Assembly (NCBI RefSeq): GCF_044704955.1
Contig: NC_091987.1
Coordinates: 68,820,001 to 68,884,000 of the forward strand
DNA length: 64,000 nucleotides
From: Pristiophorus japonicus
Lineage: Eukaryota
Direction of reading: 5' to 3'
Below the pieces are notes generated by a model, which searched no databases, had not been told where the DNA came from, and was given only the letters and a program-made list of their open reading frames with translations. Below, piece after piece: positions 26,022-39,009 of this stretch (position 1 is its first letter; each line of letters begins with the position of its first letter). Made by a program: the position numbers and the translations under genes.

Positions 26022-26447
26022 TGGATAGAGTCGGGGGCGGGAGGGAAAGGAGGGGAGTGTCGGGGGAGAGGGGAGAGGGGGGGGGAGTGTCGGGGGAGGG
26101 GGGGAGTGTCGGGGGAGAGGGGGGGGGGAGAGGGGGGGGGGGAGTGTCAGGGGGGGGGGAGTGTCAGGGGGGGGGGGGAGTGTCGGGGGAGAAAGAGTGT
26201 CGGGGGAGGGGGCTGGGGCCTGAGCGGGTGAAGAGAGTCGGGGCCTCAGGTCTAGCTTCTCGGCACTTTGTGGAGGGAATGATTCGGGCCAAGGGGGAGT
26301 GGGGGGGATGGGCGGCGGATCGTGGCAGTTGGCGGGGCTTGACAGACGCATGTCTGTCAAAAATTGCAGTACGGGCATGGTGGGGCGGGGCGGGGGGAGG
26401 GAGAGCGGCAGTGGATAGATGCATATCTGTCAAAAAAAAGTGCATAG
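26022..26447 (-). mobile_element. Unclassified element end with hairpins and G-rich repeats
   Basis: Homologous, in inverted orientation, to 29135-29360; near-palindrome GACAGACGCATGTCTGTC at 26341-26358. Confidence 0.6.
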
Positions 26448-28779
26448 TTACACTGTCATTGAAATCCCACCAGCTGACTGGTTGCACAGAAACAAAAGGC
26501 AATAGATAACTAACTCTGATCGTTAAATTAGATTAATATTCATTCTACAATAGAAAAAGGATTGCCAATCTTCTACAATGACTAAGATTTTCTCTCTCTA
26601 GCATTAAATTGACAAGCAGATCAATTCTTTTAAAACAATTTGGAATAAGTTTCTTAAACACAGATACGTGCAGGTAGCCTAATGGACGAAACAACATGCT
26701 ACTTGTATCCTATGGACTCTACTTAATTACAACAGGTAAGGTAATGAGTTACAGATTTAAACAGCCTTATACTTCCCTCTGAGTTAAGCAAAGCTCTTCC
26801 TTGCTTTTTCGTCTGGTCTTGTAGAGGGAGGCTTTCAGCTTTGCCACATGGTCATCAAGAGAGAGAGAGAGAGAGCAGGTTTTGGGGTTCCTTTTTTATA
26901 TCTTTTTAAGTCCCATTTTATCATAGCATACGTTGGTAAAGCCCCAGGATTGGATCTTGGTTTCATGGCAGTTCTTTAATTGGCTTTCGCTAACATATGA
27001 CTGTCTGCAGAAACTGCCGTTTCTTGATCAGGTTAATTGTTTTCGTATTAACATCTTTTGGTGGTTCTGATAGTCTGGTGAGTTTCGATGGGTTTGTTTA
27101 CCCTGAAAGTCAGGCTATCTTTTGTTCCCTAAGCTCCATCCACCCAGAGGAGACTTGAACTTGATGTATCAATTTTGTGTTCGTGAGTTTCCTTTAATGG
27201 GAGCTCTTGAGTTCAAACCGCAGCCCTGTCTGTGTAATCTGCACTTTCGACATTTATATATACACACCAAATTCATCTTTATTGCATACATTGCATATCA
27301 ATAGTCTCGAGTCCATCACACATCATAATTCTATAATTAACTTGCACTTTTATTCTTACAGGCCGATATATCTGTGATTGAATTAGATTGTTTTGGTCAT
27401 TGAAACCAGTTTACACCTTACGCATCCCTTTGTGCTTGCCTCAGATCCATGGAACCTTGCACAGTGTATATTGACCTCACTGTGTCAGCCAACGAGTTGG
27501 AGGAGGGACGGGACTTACAGTCTATTTTACTGCAAACAATGTCTATTTACAGAGTCTATTTAAAAAGAGTCTCTACGAACTACAGCAAACAGAACTCTTA
27601 ACATCTCCCAATAAAAGCACGATGATTACTGCAGCAAAATGTAGTGAGTGGAGGATAATTACAGAACCAAATGATGTGCATAAAATCAACCCCAGTCACT
27701 TACAGCAGTGCGGTCTCCAGGCGTGATTGACGGGAGAATTACCCAATTATCTCCATTCTGGCCGGGAATAGTGGTGCCATTATAAACTGCCTACTTTGTG
27801 GCCCTGGGTGTTAACCCTTGACGTGCTATTTCTAGCCACACAAAGCACTAGTTAAATTTTAAACACAGACAAAAAGTACAATTTGTCACACTAATCATCC
27901 TGGCCGCTTGCCTTAGCGATGCACAATTTCAGTCACACAAGGTCGACATGCAGGGTCAGCACCATTCAGACAGGTCTTGTGTAATATAAAAAACAGCACC
28001 AGACTCTACCAAGTCCATGCCACTCTCTACCATCCCACTCTGATTATGTTCAATCCTCCAGCCGCTACAACAGTCTGTGTCATTGATGTATTAAATAAAT
28101 TAATATCTGGATAACAAACTAAATTATTTACCAGTTTCTTAAACATTAATCATTTCTCTGAACTTACCACCCCACAAACCTTGCATGCTGCCCTTTTCTC
28201 CATTTTAATACAACAAAAGAGCCAAGAGAATTAAGCTATCCTCTTCTATGAATTCTAACCTTCCTTCTTTGCACAGTGTGTGATGCTACTCATCGCTAAA
28301 ATTATTACTTTGGAGTTGACAGGGTTTAAGAATAACCCCTGTAATTATTGGCATGGATGAAAAAAGTGGCAGAAGTGAGAGGGTTTTGATGAAAGAACGT
28401 ATCAAACTGAACTGTATGAAGGGCTGTCTCACTGCAGGAATCTGAAAGAATGAGATCAAATGCAAACCTCCTGGGACACTCAAGGGAGTTTGCTGCTTTT
28501 GCAATCTCTGCCTCCCCAGAGCATTGTTAAACATTACATTCAGGGTAATAACAGGATAATGATACAGGATGAAAATGATACAAGCTGCTTCTACCAAACA
28601 CAAAGGAAACGTGTTAACCATTTAGAGCTCTATCAAAAAACTTTGTGGCTGTTAATTAACTCCAAATGGTTCCTGGGGCCGTCTCAATAATGCAGCAATT
28701 TACTTTTTTTTTTAAACTCCGCTGCAGTTGCTAAATATAGCAATAAAGCACATATATCAATGAATGGGGATAATGCAGA

Positions 28780-29060
28780 TGTGATGTCCGGTCAGTACTG
28801 AGTTAATTGATTTTAGCCAGAACAGAAGTTAAAACACAACTCCTCAGTGTGCCCAAACTGGGCAGAAAAAGATAATCAGACCTCTCCTAATTGGCCATCC
28901 AGTAACTCCTGTGGGTCAGGGATGGAGTGTATGGATGTTGAGCGATGATTGCATTGGACTTGGATTGATGTTTTTAAGCTTGAATAGTCTACTGATTAGC
29001 TGGATGAAATACAGAAGGGATCGCCTTTTCCCATGGAACTATACCTCAGCAAGGGCCGGT
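28780..29060 (+). mobile_element. LF-SINE-like remnant
   Basis: Degenerate motifs (gtatggatgttgagcgatga..ggattgatg..aatagtct, cccatggaactatacctcagc) resembling the LF-SINE body. Confidence 0.45.
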
Positions 29061-29134
29061 GCTTTCAAGAGAAACTTGACAATTTCTAATAAAAAGTGGT
29101 AGAGTGGCAGTATAAAACTTGGGACTAACTATTT

Positions 29135-30800
29135 GTACTGCACTTTTTTTGACAGACAGGCCACCAGCCCCGCTCCCTGTGGATTGCACTTTTTTTGACA
29201 GACAGGCATTTGTCCAGCAGTCAGCCCCCCCCATACTGCATTTTTTACAAGCCCCACCCCCTGTCAAGCTCCGACACCCACCTCCACCCCGCCCGGCTGA
29301 ATCATTCCATCCACGTGGTGCCAGAAGCAGGATCTGAGGCTCCGACTCTCTTTCCCCGCGCCTCCCTCCCCCCGCCGCCAGCCTGCGCCAATGGCGGTGG
29401 GATAATGCTGATGACGGCTCCTCCGCGAGCCTGCTTCTCCAGCCAATCGGGCTCCGAGCCTCCCGCTGAGCGGCGGCGGGCAGCCGGAAGTGGGGGGTCG
29501 GAGGGCCTTGGGGCTGCGAGTGAGAGAGGCTGGGAGGAGAGTGAGAGAGGCTGCGGGGGTGGCGGAGAGAGAGGCTGGGGGGAGGCGAAGAGAGAGGCTT
29601 GGGGGGGGAGGCGAAGAGAGAGGCTTGGGGGGGCTGGGGGGAGAGTGAGAGAGGCTGGGAGGGAGTGAGAGAGAGAGAGAGGCTGGTGTGGGCAGGGGGG
29701 GGGAGAGAGAGAGGGAACTCAGGAAAGACGGATCACGTTCTTCCAACCCCCTACAAGGGATATCGTTGGAGTAGATGATATCCAGAAGTCACGACACTGC
29801 CACTATTCATTTCAAACCCAATAAACCTGTGAACAATCCATACATAATGCCCCATCTACGGGGGTGGTGGGGAGAGAGAGGATGCACTTGCGCTTGAGTA
29901 AGGCACTTCGGCTGGGGGAGCGAAGTACTTGGACTGGGGTATGGGACTTTGGCTGGGGGAGGGATGTACTTGGACTGCGGTAAGGCACTTTGGCTGGGGG
30001 AGGGATGCACTTGCGCTTGAGTAAGGCACTTCGGCTGGGGGAGCGAAGTACTTGGACTGGGGTATGGGACTTTGGCTGGGGGAGGGATGTACTTGGACTG
30101 CGGTAAGGCACTTTGGCTGGGGGAGGGATGCACTTGCGCTTGAGTAAGGCACTTCGGCTGGGGGAGCGAAGTACTTGGACTGGGGTATGGGACTTTGGCT
30201 GGGGGAGGGATGTACTTGGACTGCGGTAAGGCACTTTGGCTGGGGGAGGGATGTACTTGGACTGGGGTATGGGACTTTGGCTGGGGGAGGGATGTACTTG
30301 GACTGGGGTATGGGACTTTGGCTCGGGGAGGGATGTACTTGGACTGGGGTATGGGACTTTGGCTGGGGGAGGGATGTACTTGGATTGGGGTGTGGGACTT
30401 TGGCTGGGGGAGCGAAGTACTTGGACTGGGGTAAGACACTTCGGCTGGGGGAGGCATGCACTTGGACTGGGGTATGGGACTTTGGCTGGGGGAGGGATGT
30501 ACTTGGACTGGGGTATGGGACTTTGGCTGGGGGAGGGATGGACTGGGGTAAGGCACTTTGGCTGGGGGAGGGATGTACTTGGACTGGGGTATGGGACTTT
30601 GGCTGGGGGAGGGATGGACTGGGGTAAGGCACTTTGGCTGGGGGAGGGATGTACTTGGACTGGGGTATGGGACTTTGGCTGGGGGAGGGATGTACTTGGA
30701 CTGGGGTAAGGCACTTTGGCTGGGGGAGCGAAGTACTTGGACTGGGGTAAGACATTTTGGCTGGGGGAGGGATGTACTTGGACTGGGGTAAGGTACTTTG
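29135..30800 (+). mobile_element. Unclassified composite element (hairpin end, GA tract, conserved core, 41-bp satellite)
   Basis: Start homologous to 26215-26447; core 29730-29860 homologous to 8018-8215. Confidence 0.55.
29878..30798. repeat. 41-bp minisatellite with a 123-bp higher-order repeat
   Basis: Monomer GGATGTACTTGGACTGGGGTATGGGACTTTGGCTGGGGGAG; the first ~370 bp is three near-identical trimers. Confidence 0.93.
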
Positions 30801-31974
30801 TTTTGGCTGGCCCTTGCTGTCTTCTGGGGAGCTCTGTCCTCGGTCGCTTCAGGAAGTCAAAGTCGATCGAGTTACAATTTGCAAAGTCAGTGAGACCTTG
30901 GGATGGGCAGTTCCAATGACACATTCCTGTAAAACTTCAGGGTGTGGCTTATCCTCCAAGGGGACCAATCAGAAATAAGGGGTGGAGCCTGTTGGACATT
31001 TTTGCAGTACAAATAAGTGCGTCCATAAAACTTAGTGCTCACTTTCCTTACATCACTGCCGAGAATTTCCTCGGGGGGCTTCTTCAATTTTCAGCCATTA
31101 TCGCAAGTTTCCATTGGACGGCAAAACAGTTGGAGGAAGAGGAGGAGCAACAACAGACAGCTTCAGTTACCAATGCCCATCAGGATGTTGCGCTTCTCCA
31201 AATGGGTTGTTGCAGACTTCTGCAGCTTCTTGCAACAGGACATACTGCTTGCTGGATCAAGGGGGCATGCTTTGCCAGTGGCTTTCAGTATCTAATGCTG
31301 AAATGCTTCAGGGCAGGAACTTGAAGCCAGGAACTGGCTGGTGATCGGTAAAGTGGTGCAATGGTTACCTGAACATGAAAAAGATGCTGTGGATGGATCG
31401 GGAGGAGGTTCATAGGCGGAATCATGGTGGGAATTGGGGCCAAATGGCTTAAAAGGGGCCAATGGTCATTTCTCTCAGAACTCCACCCCCACAAGATTGT
31501 TAGCCACCACTTCCCACAATATCGGCAAATGTCGGCAACCCATAATAATGCCTGACTCTGGTCCCCACAGTACTCCAAACCCCTCCTCTGCCTTGCTCAC
31601 CACATGACATCCCTTCGAGCCCTTTACTCTCCAGTGCTCAAAAAACCTCTACACCAGTGGTTCGCAACCTTTTTGCTTCAGAGCCCACCCCAACCTCTCC
31701 CCCCGTAACACAAGTAATTTTTCTGTATAAAAAATTACTCATTAGTTAATAATAGCTCTATTACACTGTACATAAAGAAGAATTTACTAAGTCTTGAATT
31801 TACATAAGCAAAATCCTGCGCGTGCTGGAAATTTGAAATAAAAACAGAAAATACTAGAAATACTCAGCAGGTCAGGCAGTATCTGTGGAGCACCCAGACG
31901 AGGCCTATCCGTCCACCCGAGAAGCACATCGCCATGAATATAAAGCTCCGAGTCTGATTCTCCGTAACAGTTAA

Positions 31975-32185
31975 TGTTGTGTTCCTAACACAGATGAGAC
32001 TGCACACAGGGAGGTTAAAGTAACAGTGACCTCAGTCTTTATTAAGACACTCCAGAGTGAGGAACAGGCCTTAGGGGCCGGCTTATATACAGTGCTCCCA
32101 AGGGATGCTGGGATCCCTTGGGACTTCAAAGGATGCGCTCCCTGGTGGCGGAACATGGGAGTGCATGCTTTACAGATACACAACA
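31975..32185 (-). repeat. Gypsy 3' LTR
   Basis: Preceded on the minus strand by the polypurine tract AGGGGGGGAATGA (32186-32198). Confidence 0.95.
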
Positions 32186-33805
32186 TCATTCCCCCCCTAA
32201 GTCAAAGTGAAAACTATTTACAAGGTGAGGCGGTTGGGAGCCTTTCTTTCCCTGGTGGACCGCCTCGGTACAAATGTCTGTTCTGGTGTGTTGGCTGTGC
32301 CCTCGCTGGGCTGGCGTGTTGTTGGCCCTGCAGGGCTGCTGGGTGAGCCTGGCCTTGCTGGGCTGTTGGGCGTGATGGGTTTAATTTCATGGTCCAGCGT
32401 GGTGTCGTTGATCCTTTGGGTGTGTGTTGTGGGCTCGAAAATGGTGGTGTCTGCTGTGGGCTGTTGAGGGCAGTCTGTGAACCGCAGCCTCGTTTGGTCC
32501 AGGTGCTTTCTGCAAATTTGTCCATTGTCTGGTTTGACTCCCTTCTTTAGCTATCACCGTGCCCGCGATCCACTTGGGACCATGTCCATAGTTTAGCATA
32601 TACACAGGGTCATTCAGATCAATTTCCCGTGACACAGTGGCGCGACCATCGTTTACATTTTGTTGCTGCCGCCTACTCTCTACCTGATCATGCAGATTGG
32701 GGTGAACCAGCGAGAGTCTGGTTTTAAGTGTCCTTTTCATGAGTAGATCAGCCGGGGGCACCCCTGTAAGTGAATGGGGTCTCGTGCGGTAGCTGAGCAG
32801 TACTTAGGACAGGCGGATTTGGAGTGACCCTTCTGTGACTCGTTTAAGGCTCTGTTTGATGGTTTGTACTGCCCGCTCTGCCTGCCCATTAGAGGCTGGT
32901 TTAAACGGGGCCGAGGTGACATGTTTGATTCTATTGCGGGTCATGAATTCTTTAAATTCAGCACAGGTGAAACATGGCCCATTGTCACTGACCAGTGTGT
33001 CAGGCAGGCCGTGGGTGGCAAACATGGCCCTCGGGCTTTCAATGGTGGCTGTGGCGGTGCTTCCCGACATTATTCCACATTCAATCCATTTTGAAAAAGC
33101 ATCCACCACCACCAGGAACATTTTACCAAGTAATGGGCCCGCATAGTCGACATGAATCCTCGACCATGGTCTGGAGGGCCAGGACAACAAACTTAGTGGT
33201 GCCTCTCTGGGCGCGTTGCTCAACTGAGCACACACGCTGCATTGCCGCACACAGGACTCTAAGTCAGAGTAAATACCGGGCCACCACACATGGGATCTGG
33301 CTATTGCTTTCATCATTACTATACCCGGGTGTGTGCTGTGGAGATCCGAGATGAACTTCTTCCTGCCCTTTTTTGGTAGAACTACGCGGTTACCCCACAA
33401 CAGGCAGTCTGCCTGAATGGACAGCTCGTCCTTTCGCCACTGGAACGGCTTGATTAGCTCTTGCATTTCAACAGGGATTCTGGCCCAGCTCCCATGCGGT
33501 ACACAGTTCTTTACTCGGAACAGCAGAGGATCTTGGCTGGTCCAAGTCCTAATCTGGCGGGCCGTGACAGGTGATTTATCATTTTCAAACTCTTCCATGA
33601 CCATCAACAAGTTTGCAGGCTGCGCCATTTCCACCCCCGTGGTGGGCAACGGTAGCCAACTGTGAGCATCTGCACAGTTCTCGGTGCCTGGCCTGTGGCG
33701 GATGGTATAGTTACATATTGATAGCTCGAGTGCCCACCTTTGTATGCGGGCTATGGCATTAGTGTTTATCCCCTTGTTTTCAGCGAACAGGAATATGAGG
33801 GGCTT

Positions 33806-34813
33806 GTGCTGGGACCACAACTGTTTACAATATACATAGATGACCTGGAAGAGGGGACAGAGTGTAGTGTAACAAAATTTGCAGATGACACAAAGATTAG
33901 TGGGAAAGCGGGTTGTGTCGAGGACATAGAGAGGCTGCAAAGAGATTTAGATAGGTTAAGCGAATGGGCTAAGGTTTGGCAGATGGAATACAATGTCCGA
34001 AAATGTGAGGTCATCCACCTTGGAAAAAAAAAACAGTAAAAGGGAATATTATTTGAATGGGGAGAAATTACAACATGCTGCGGTGCAGAGGGACCTGGGG
34101 GTCCTTGTGCATGAATCCCAAAAAGTTAGTTTGCAGATGCAGCAGGTAATCAGGAAGGCGAATGGAATGTTGGCCTTCATTGCGAGAGGGATGGAGTACA
34201 AAAGCAGGGAGGTCCTGCTGCAACTGTACAGGGTATTGGTGAGGCCGCACCTGGAGTACTGCGTGCAGTTTTGGTCACCTTACTTAAGAAAGGATATACT
34301 AGCTTTGGAGGGGGTACAGAGACGATTCACGAGGCTGATTCCGGAGATGAGGGGGTTACCTTATGATGATAGATTGAGTAGACTGGGTCTTTACTCGTTG
34401 GAGTTCAGAAGGATGAGAGGTGATCTTATAGAAACATTTAAAATAATGAAAGGGATAGACAAGATAGAGGCAGAGAGGTTGTTTCCACTGGTCGGGGAGA
34501 CTAGAACTAGGGGGCACAGCCTCAAAATACAGGGGAGCCAATTTAAAACCGAGTTGAGAAGGAATTTCTTCTCTCAGAGGGTTGTGAATCTGTGGAATTC
34601 TCTGCCCAAGGAAGCAGTTGAGGCTAGCTCATTGAATGTATTCAAGTCACAGATAGATAGATTTTTAACCAATAAGGGAATTAAGGGTTATGGGGATCGG
34701 GCGGGTAAGTGGAGCTGAGTCCACGGCCAGATCAGCCATGATCTTTTTGAATGGCGGAGCAGGCTCGAGGGGCTAGATGGCCTACTCCTGTTCCTAATTC
34801 TTATGTTCTTATG
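33806..34813 (+). mobile_element. CR1 LINE inserted into the Gypsy RNase H
   Basis: FADD..RPHLEYCVQFWSP, (TTCTTATG)n tail; the Gypsy frame ELETDH|KPLIFLF is split exactly here. Confidence 0.95.
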
Positions 34814-37291
34814 TGATCGGTTTCCAGCTCAAATTTGAGGCCAAACAGGTACTGATGCATTTTCTTTACCTCGAACACACACGCTAATGTCTCTTTCTCA
34901 ATCATGCTGTAGGCTCTCTCGGCCATAGACAAGCTCCTGGAAGCATAGGCGACAGGTTGCAACTTCCCCGCAACGTTAGCTTGTTGTAATACACACCCGA
35001 CTCTGTACGACGACGGATCACATGCTAGCACGAGTCTTTTACACGGATTATACAATACAAGCAGCTTGATGGAGCATAAAATGTTTCTGGCTTTCTCAAA
35101 AGCAATTACTTGTTTTTTTCCCCATACCCAGTTCTCACCTTTACGCAATAACACATGCAGGGGCTCTAAGAGGGTCCTTAACCCCGGTAGGAAGTTATCA
35201 AAATAGTTGAGTCCCAGGAACAACCGCAGCTCCGTGACGTTCTGTGGCCTGGGCGCATTCCTAATAGCCTCTGCCTTGGTGACTGTGGGCCGAATACCAT
35301 CTGCCGCGATCCTTCTCCCCAAAAACACCACTTCTACTTCAGTCGCTGGAGGACCTCCTCCAGGTTTTGTAGGTGCTCAACGGTGTCCTGACCCGTGACC
35401 AATACGTCGTCCTGAAAAACCACCGTACATGGTACCGACTTGAGTAGGCTCTCCATGTTTCTCTGGAAGATCACTGCAGCTGATCGAATTCCAAACGGGC
35501 ATCTGTTGTAGATGAACAGTCCCTTGTGCTTGTTGATGCAGGTGAGGCCCTTCGAAGACTCCTCCAGCTTCTGCGCCATGAAGACCGAAGTCAGGTCGAG
35601 CTTGGTGAACGTCTTGCCTCCTGCCAGCGTCGCAAATAGATCGTCTGCCTTAGGTAGCATGTATTGATCCTGTAGCGAGAAACGATTAATAGTTACTTTA
35701 TAATCGCCGCAATTCCTGACCGTGCCATCACATTTGAGTACTGGAACAATCGGGCTGGCCCACTCGCTGAATTCCACTGGGGAGATGATGCCCTCGTGTT
35801 GCAGCCTGTCCAGCTCGATTTCCAATCTCTCCCTCATTAAGTGAGGTACTGCTGCGCCTTGTGGTGAATGGGTCGTGCCTCTGAGACCAAGTGGATCCGC
35901 ACCTTTGCCCCGGAAAAGTTTCCAATGCCTGGCTCAAAAAGGGAAGGAAATTTGTTAAGAACCTGGGTACATGAGGCCTCATCGACATGTGATAGCGCTC
36001 AGATGTCATTGCAGTTCCAGCGGATTTTGCCCAGCCAGCTCCTTCCAAGCAGTGTGGGGCCATCGCCCGGGACAATCCAGAGTGGCAGTTTGTACACCGT
36101 GCCCTCGTAGGTGACCTTGACCATGGCGCTGCCCAGGACAGTGATAAGCTCTTTGGTGTACGTTCTCAGTTTCGTGTGGATGGGGCTCAGGGCTGGTCTG
36201 AGTGCTGTGTTGCACCACAGTCTCTCAAACATCTTTTTACTCATGAATGGATTGGCTAGCGCCAGTGTCCAGTTCCATGGCTACGGGTAAGCCATTCAAT
36301 TTTACGTTTAGCATTATACGTGAACATTTTGTCGAAAATGTGTGCACCCCGTGTACTTCAGCATCTGCTTCCTCTCTCTGAGGCTCGAAATTGCTTTAGT
36401 CCACCATGGACCGATCTTCCTCTGCTACGTGGTGGTTAGCAGGTTTTGCAGAGCTTGCAGCTCGTCTGCAAGCTCGTTGGAGGTGCCCCATTGTTCCACA
36501 GCTCTTGCAAACATACCCTTTGAAGCGGCATGACTAGGCTGAATGGAAACCTGCACAACGCCAACAAGGTGTGAACTGCCTTGTATTCATCCTTTGTTGC
36601 GGACTCTGAGTCATCTGGGTCACCTGAGGTCTGCTGGCAGTTGCAGACTCGTGGTTTCTGCCCTGTACATTTCTGCTCGCAAACACAGTTCCAGTTAATT
36701 TATAAACATTGCTAGCACTTGTGTGCTGAGAGATTTGTTTGGTGTTATCACTGGTGGACATAAACGCCTGTGCTATCGCAATGGCCTTACTGAGGGTCGG
36801 TGTCTCTACAGTCAAAAGTTTTCATAGGATGGTCTCGTGGCCAATGCCCAGTACAAAAAAGTCTCTGAGCATTTGCTCCAGGTAGTCATCAAACTCACAT
36901 TGTCCTGCAAGTCGCCTTAGCTCGGCGACATAGCTCGCCCCTTCCTGACCTTCAGATCGCTGGTACGTATAGAGACGATACCTCGCCATCAGCACGCTCT
37001 CCCTCGGGTTAAGATGCTCCCGAACCAGTGTACACAGTTCCTCATACAACTTATCTGTGGGTTTCACCAGAGCCAGAAGACTCTTCATGAGGCTGTAGGT
37101 CGGTGCCCCGCAGACCGTGAGGAGGACCGCTCTCCTTTTTGCAGCGCTTCCTTCTCCATCCAGCTCGTTGGCTACAAAGTACTGGTCTAGCCGTTCGAGA
37201 TGGGCTTCCCAGTCCTCGCCCTCCGAGAACTTCTCCAGGATGCCCACAGTTTGCTGCATCTTTGCGTTGGATTCGTGTACTCGTCGCCAGT

Positions 37292-37502
37292 TGTTGTGTT
37301 CCTAACACAGATGAGACTGCACACAGGGAGGTTAAAGTAACAGTGACCTCAGTCTTTATTAAGATACTCCAAAATGAGTAACAAGCCTTAGGGGCCGGCT
37401 TATATACAGCGCTCCCAAGGGATGCTGGGATTCCTTTGGACTTCAGGGGATGTGCTCCCTGGTGGCGGAACATGGGAGTGCATGCTTTACAGATACACAA
37501 CA
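37292..37502 (-). repeat. Gypsy 5' LTR
   Basis: Direct repeat of 31975-32185; adjoins the PBS at ~37280-37289. Confidence 0.95.
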
Positions 37503-37520
37503 GTTAATGTTTTGAGTTGT

Positions 37521-38906
37521 TGACCCAAGTTTCCCCAGGAGTTGCTCCTATTTTTTGGAGCAACTAGTTTTATTTTGGACTATCTTAAAAATTGCAATTA
37601 TCCCCATTTACTTTGCTCCAGGTTAAGTGAGTTAGTTCAGTTTCTTTTTAGTTCCGTTTGTTTTTTCAAAAGGGGGCGTTACAACCACTTACGTCTGTTT
37701 GATCATTTAAGCAAGTTTAGCCAGCAAAAAGTTACTCCAAACTAACTTAGGCCAGCGTATGTGTCCACTTTTCTACGCTCAGAAAAATCTTGCAGAGACT
37801 TAAGAAATACACGCAGGTAGCCAGAGATGAGGGCGCTGGGGGGAGGGAAGTTAGAGGATTTTCCAAAGCACTAAACACCTTCACAACAACATTAAAGAAG
37901 CATAAGTACATTTAAAGCACTAAACAAAGCACTACATTTAAAGCACCAAGCACTAAACAAAGCACAAAAATAAGCATTCAATAACAAATAAAAAATACGA
38001 GGAAAGCACCAAGACTTACAAACCACTAAACAAAGCACAAAAAGTAATAAGCAATTAATTAACAAATAAAAAATTGAAGGAACCCTGCACCTAAAGCACC
38101 AAGACCAAAGTAATAAGCAATCAATCAACAATTAATAACAAATAAAAAAATAGAAGTCCTCCCTTTATGTGAAGGGAAGTCAGCGGGCCGCCGATGAGGG
38201 AGCCCATTCAGCCAGGGGCGGTAAGACACACACCGGGATGCTAGGCTCAACACGGCATCGGTGAAGCGGTGGGGGGAAGAGGTGGGGGGGGGAGGTGGGG
38301 GGGTGAAGGGGGGAGGGAAGGAGTAGGGGAAGGGGGGGGGGTGCAGGCCTACCCACCCGATTGCCAGGGGAGATGCATTGGAGGCCATTATAAAATCATC
38401 CAGTTGTTTGTTTGAATGTGTGCATCGTGATATTCGCAGGAAAATTTCACAATGCAACTGGGAAATTTAAATTGATGTGTAGGCTGGCCCCTGTTATCTT
38501 CAATTACTACCTCTTTGATTGATTTTCCATTCCACTGCCCTGATCGCTCCCTTGCTGCTTGATTTTCTATTCCACTGCCTGGAGTCACTTCTTACTGAGT
38601 TCCTTCTCCTGGAAGCCCATTCGACCAGGGCTAGGGGCAGCGTGCTTTGGGCCCCTCCCACATAGCCTGCAGAGATTCGGGGGCGAGGAGCTACTGTACA
38701 TTCATGCACACTCTAGCGCGCATGTGCAGAGGTCCCGGCACTGTTTTCAGCGGCGGGACCTGGCTCCGTCCCCCACTGGGTGTGGTGCGTTACGCCGAGC
38801 TGAAGACGTCCGGAGGAGCGGGGAGAATTCCTCGGTAAGTTTTAGGCATGCTTTTTGTTCCAGAAAGTCGGCACATCTCCATAAGCGTCGTGGCAAACTT
38901 GGGCCC
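37521..38906. mobile_element. Non-autonomous TIR element (Harbinger-like)
   Basis: Ends tGaCCCAAGTTTcCC / GGCAAACTTGGGCCC are imperfect inverted repeats; internal degenerate (TAAAGCAC..AAACAAAGCAC) repeats; no clear TSD. Confidence 0.6.
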
Positions 38907-39009
38907 ATAGAATTTACAGCACAGAAACAGACCATTCAGCCCAGCTGGTCCATGCCGATGTTTATGCTCCACGTGAGCCTCCTCCCACCCTACGGACCTG
39001 AGGAGCGGC

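Larger units (their letters stand above)
31975..37502 (-). mobile_element. Full-length Ty3/Gypsy LTR retrotransposon (inactivated)
   Basis: 211-bp TG..CA LTRs; 5-bp TSD GTTAA (31970-31974, 37503-37507); PBS TGGCGACGAG; PPT; gag (36822-37259), protease remnant, RT (WASPIV, FQDD), RNase H (LACD..PVAYASR), integrase (H..HPG..C..C, VDY, SDNG, AERAV); multiple frameshifts. Confidence 0.96.

Noticed and set aside
26455-27420. Possible minus-strand solo LTR
   Set aside because: TATA and CT-tract features are present, but I could not define TG..CA ends with a TSD.
29807-30924. Pro-rich extensin-like ORFs, or a CRISPR-like array
   Set aside because: Head-to-tail 41-bp monomers (not a multiple of 3) with no unique spacers and no cas genes; vertebrate context.
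32804-33940. 378-aa ORF as an intact or domesticated integrase gene
   Set aside because: Its N-terminus is antisense CR1 read-through; it belongs to a frameshifted Gypsy pol.
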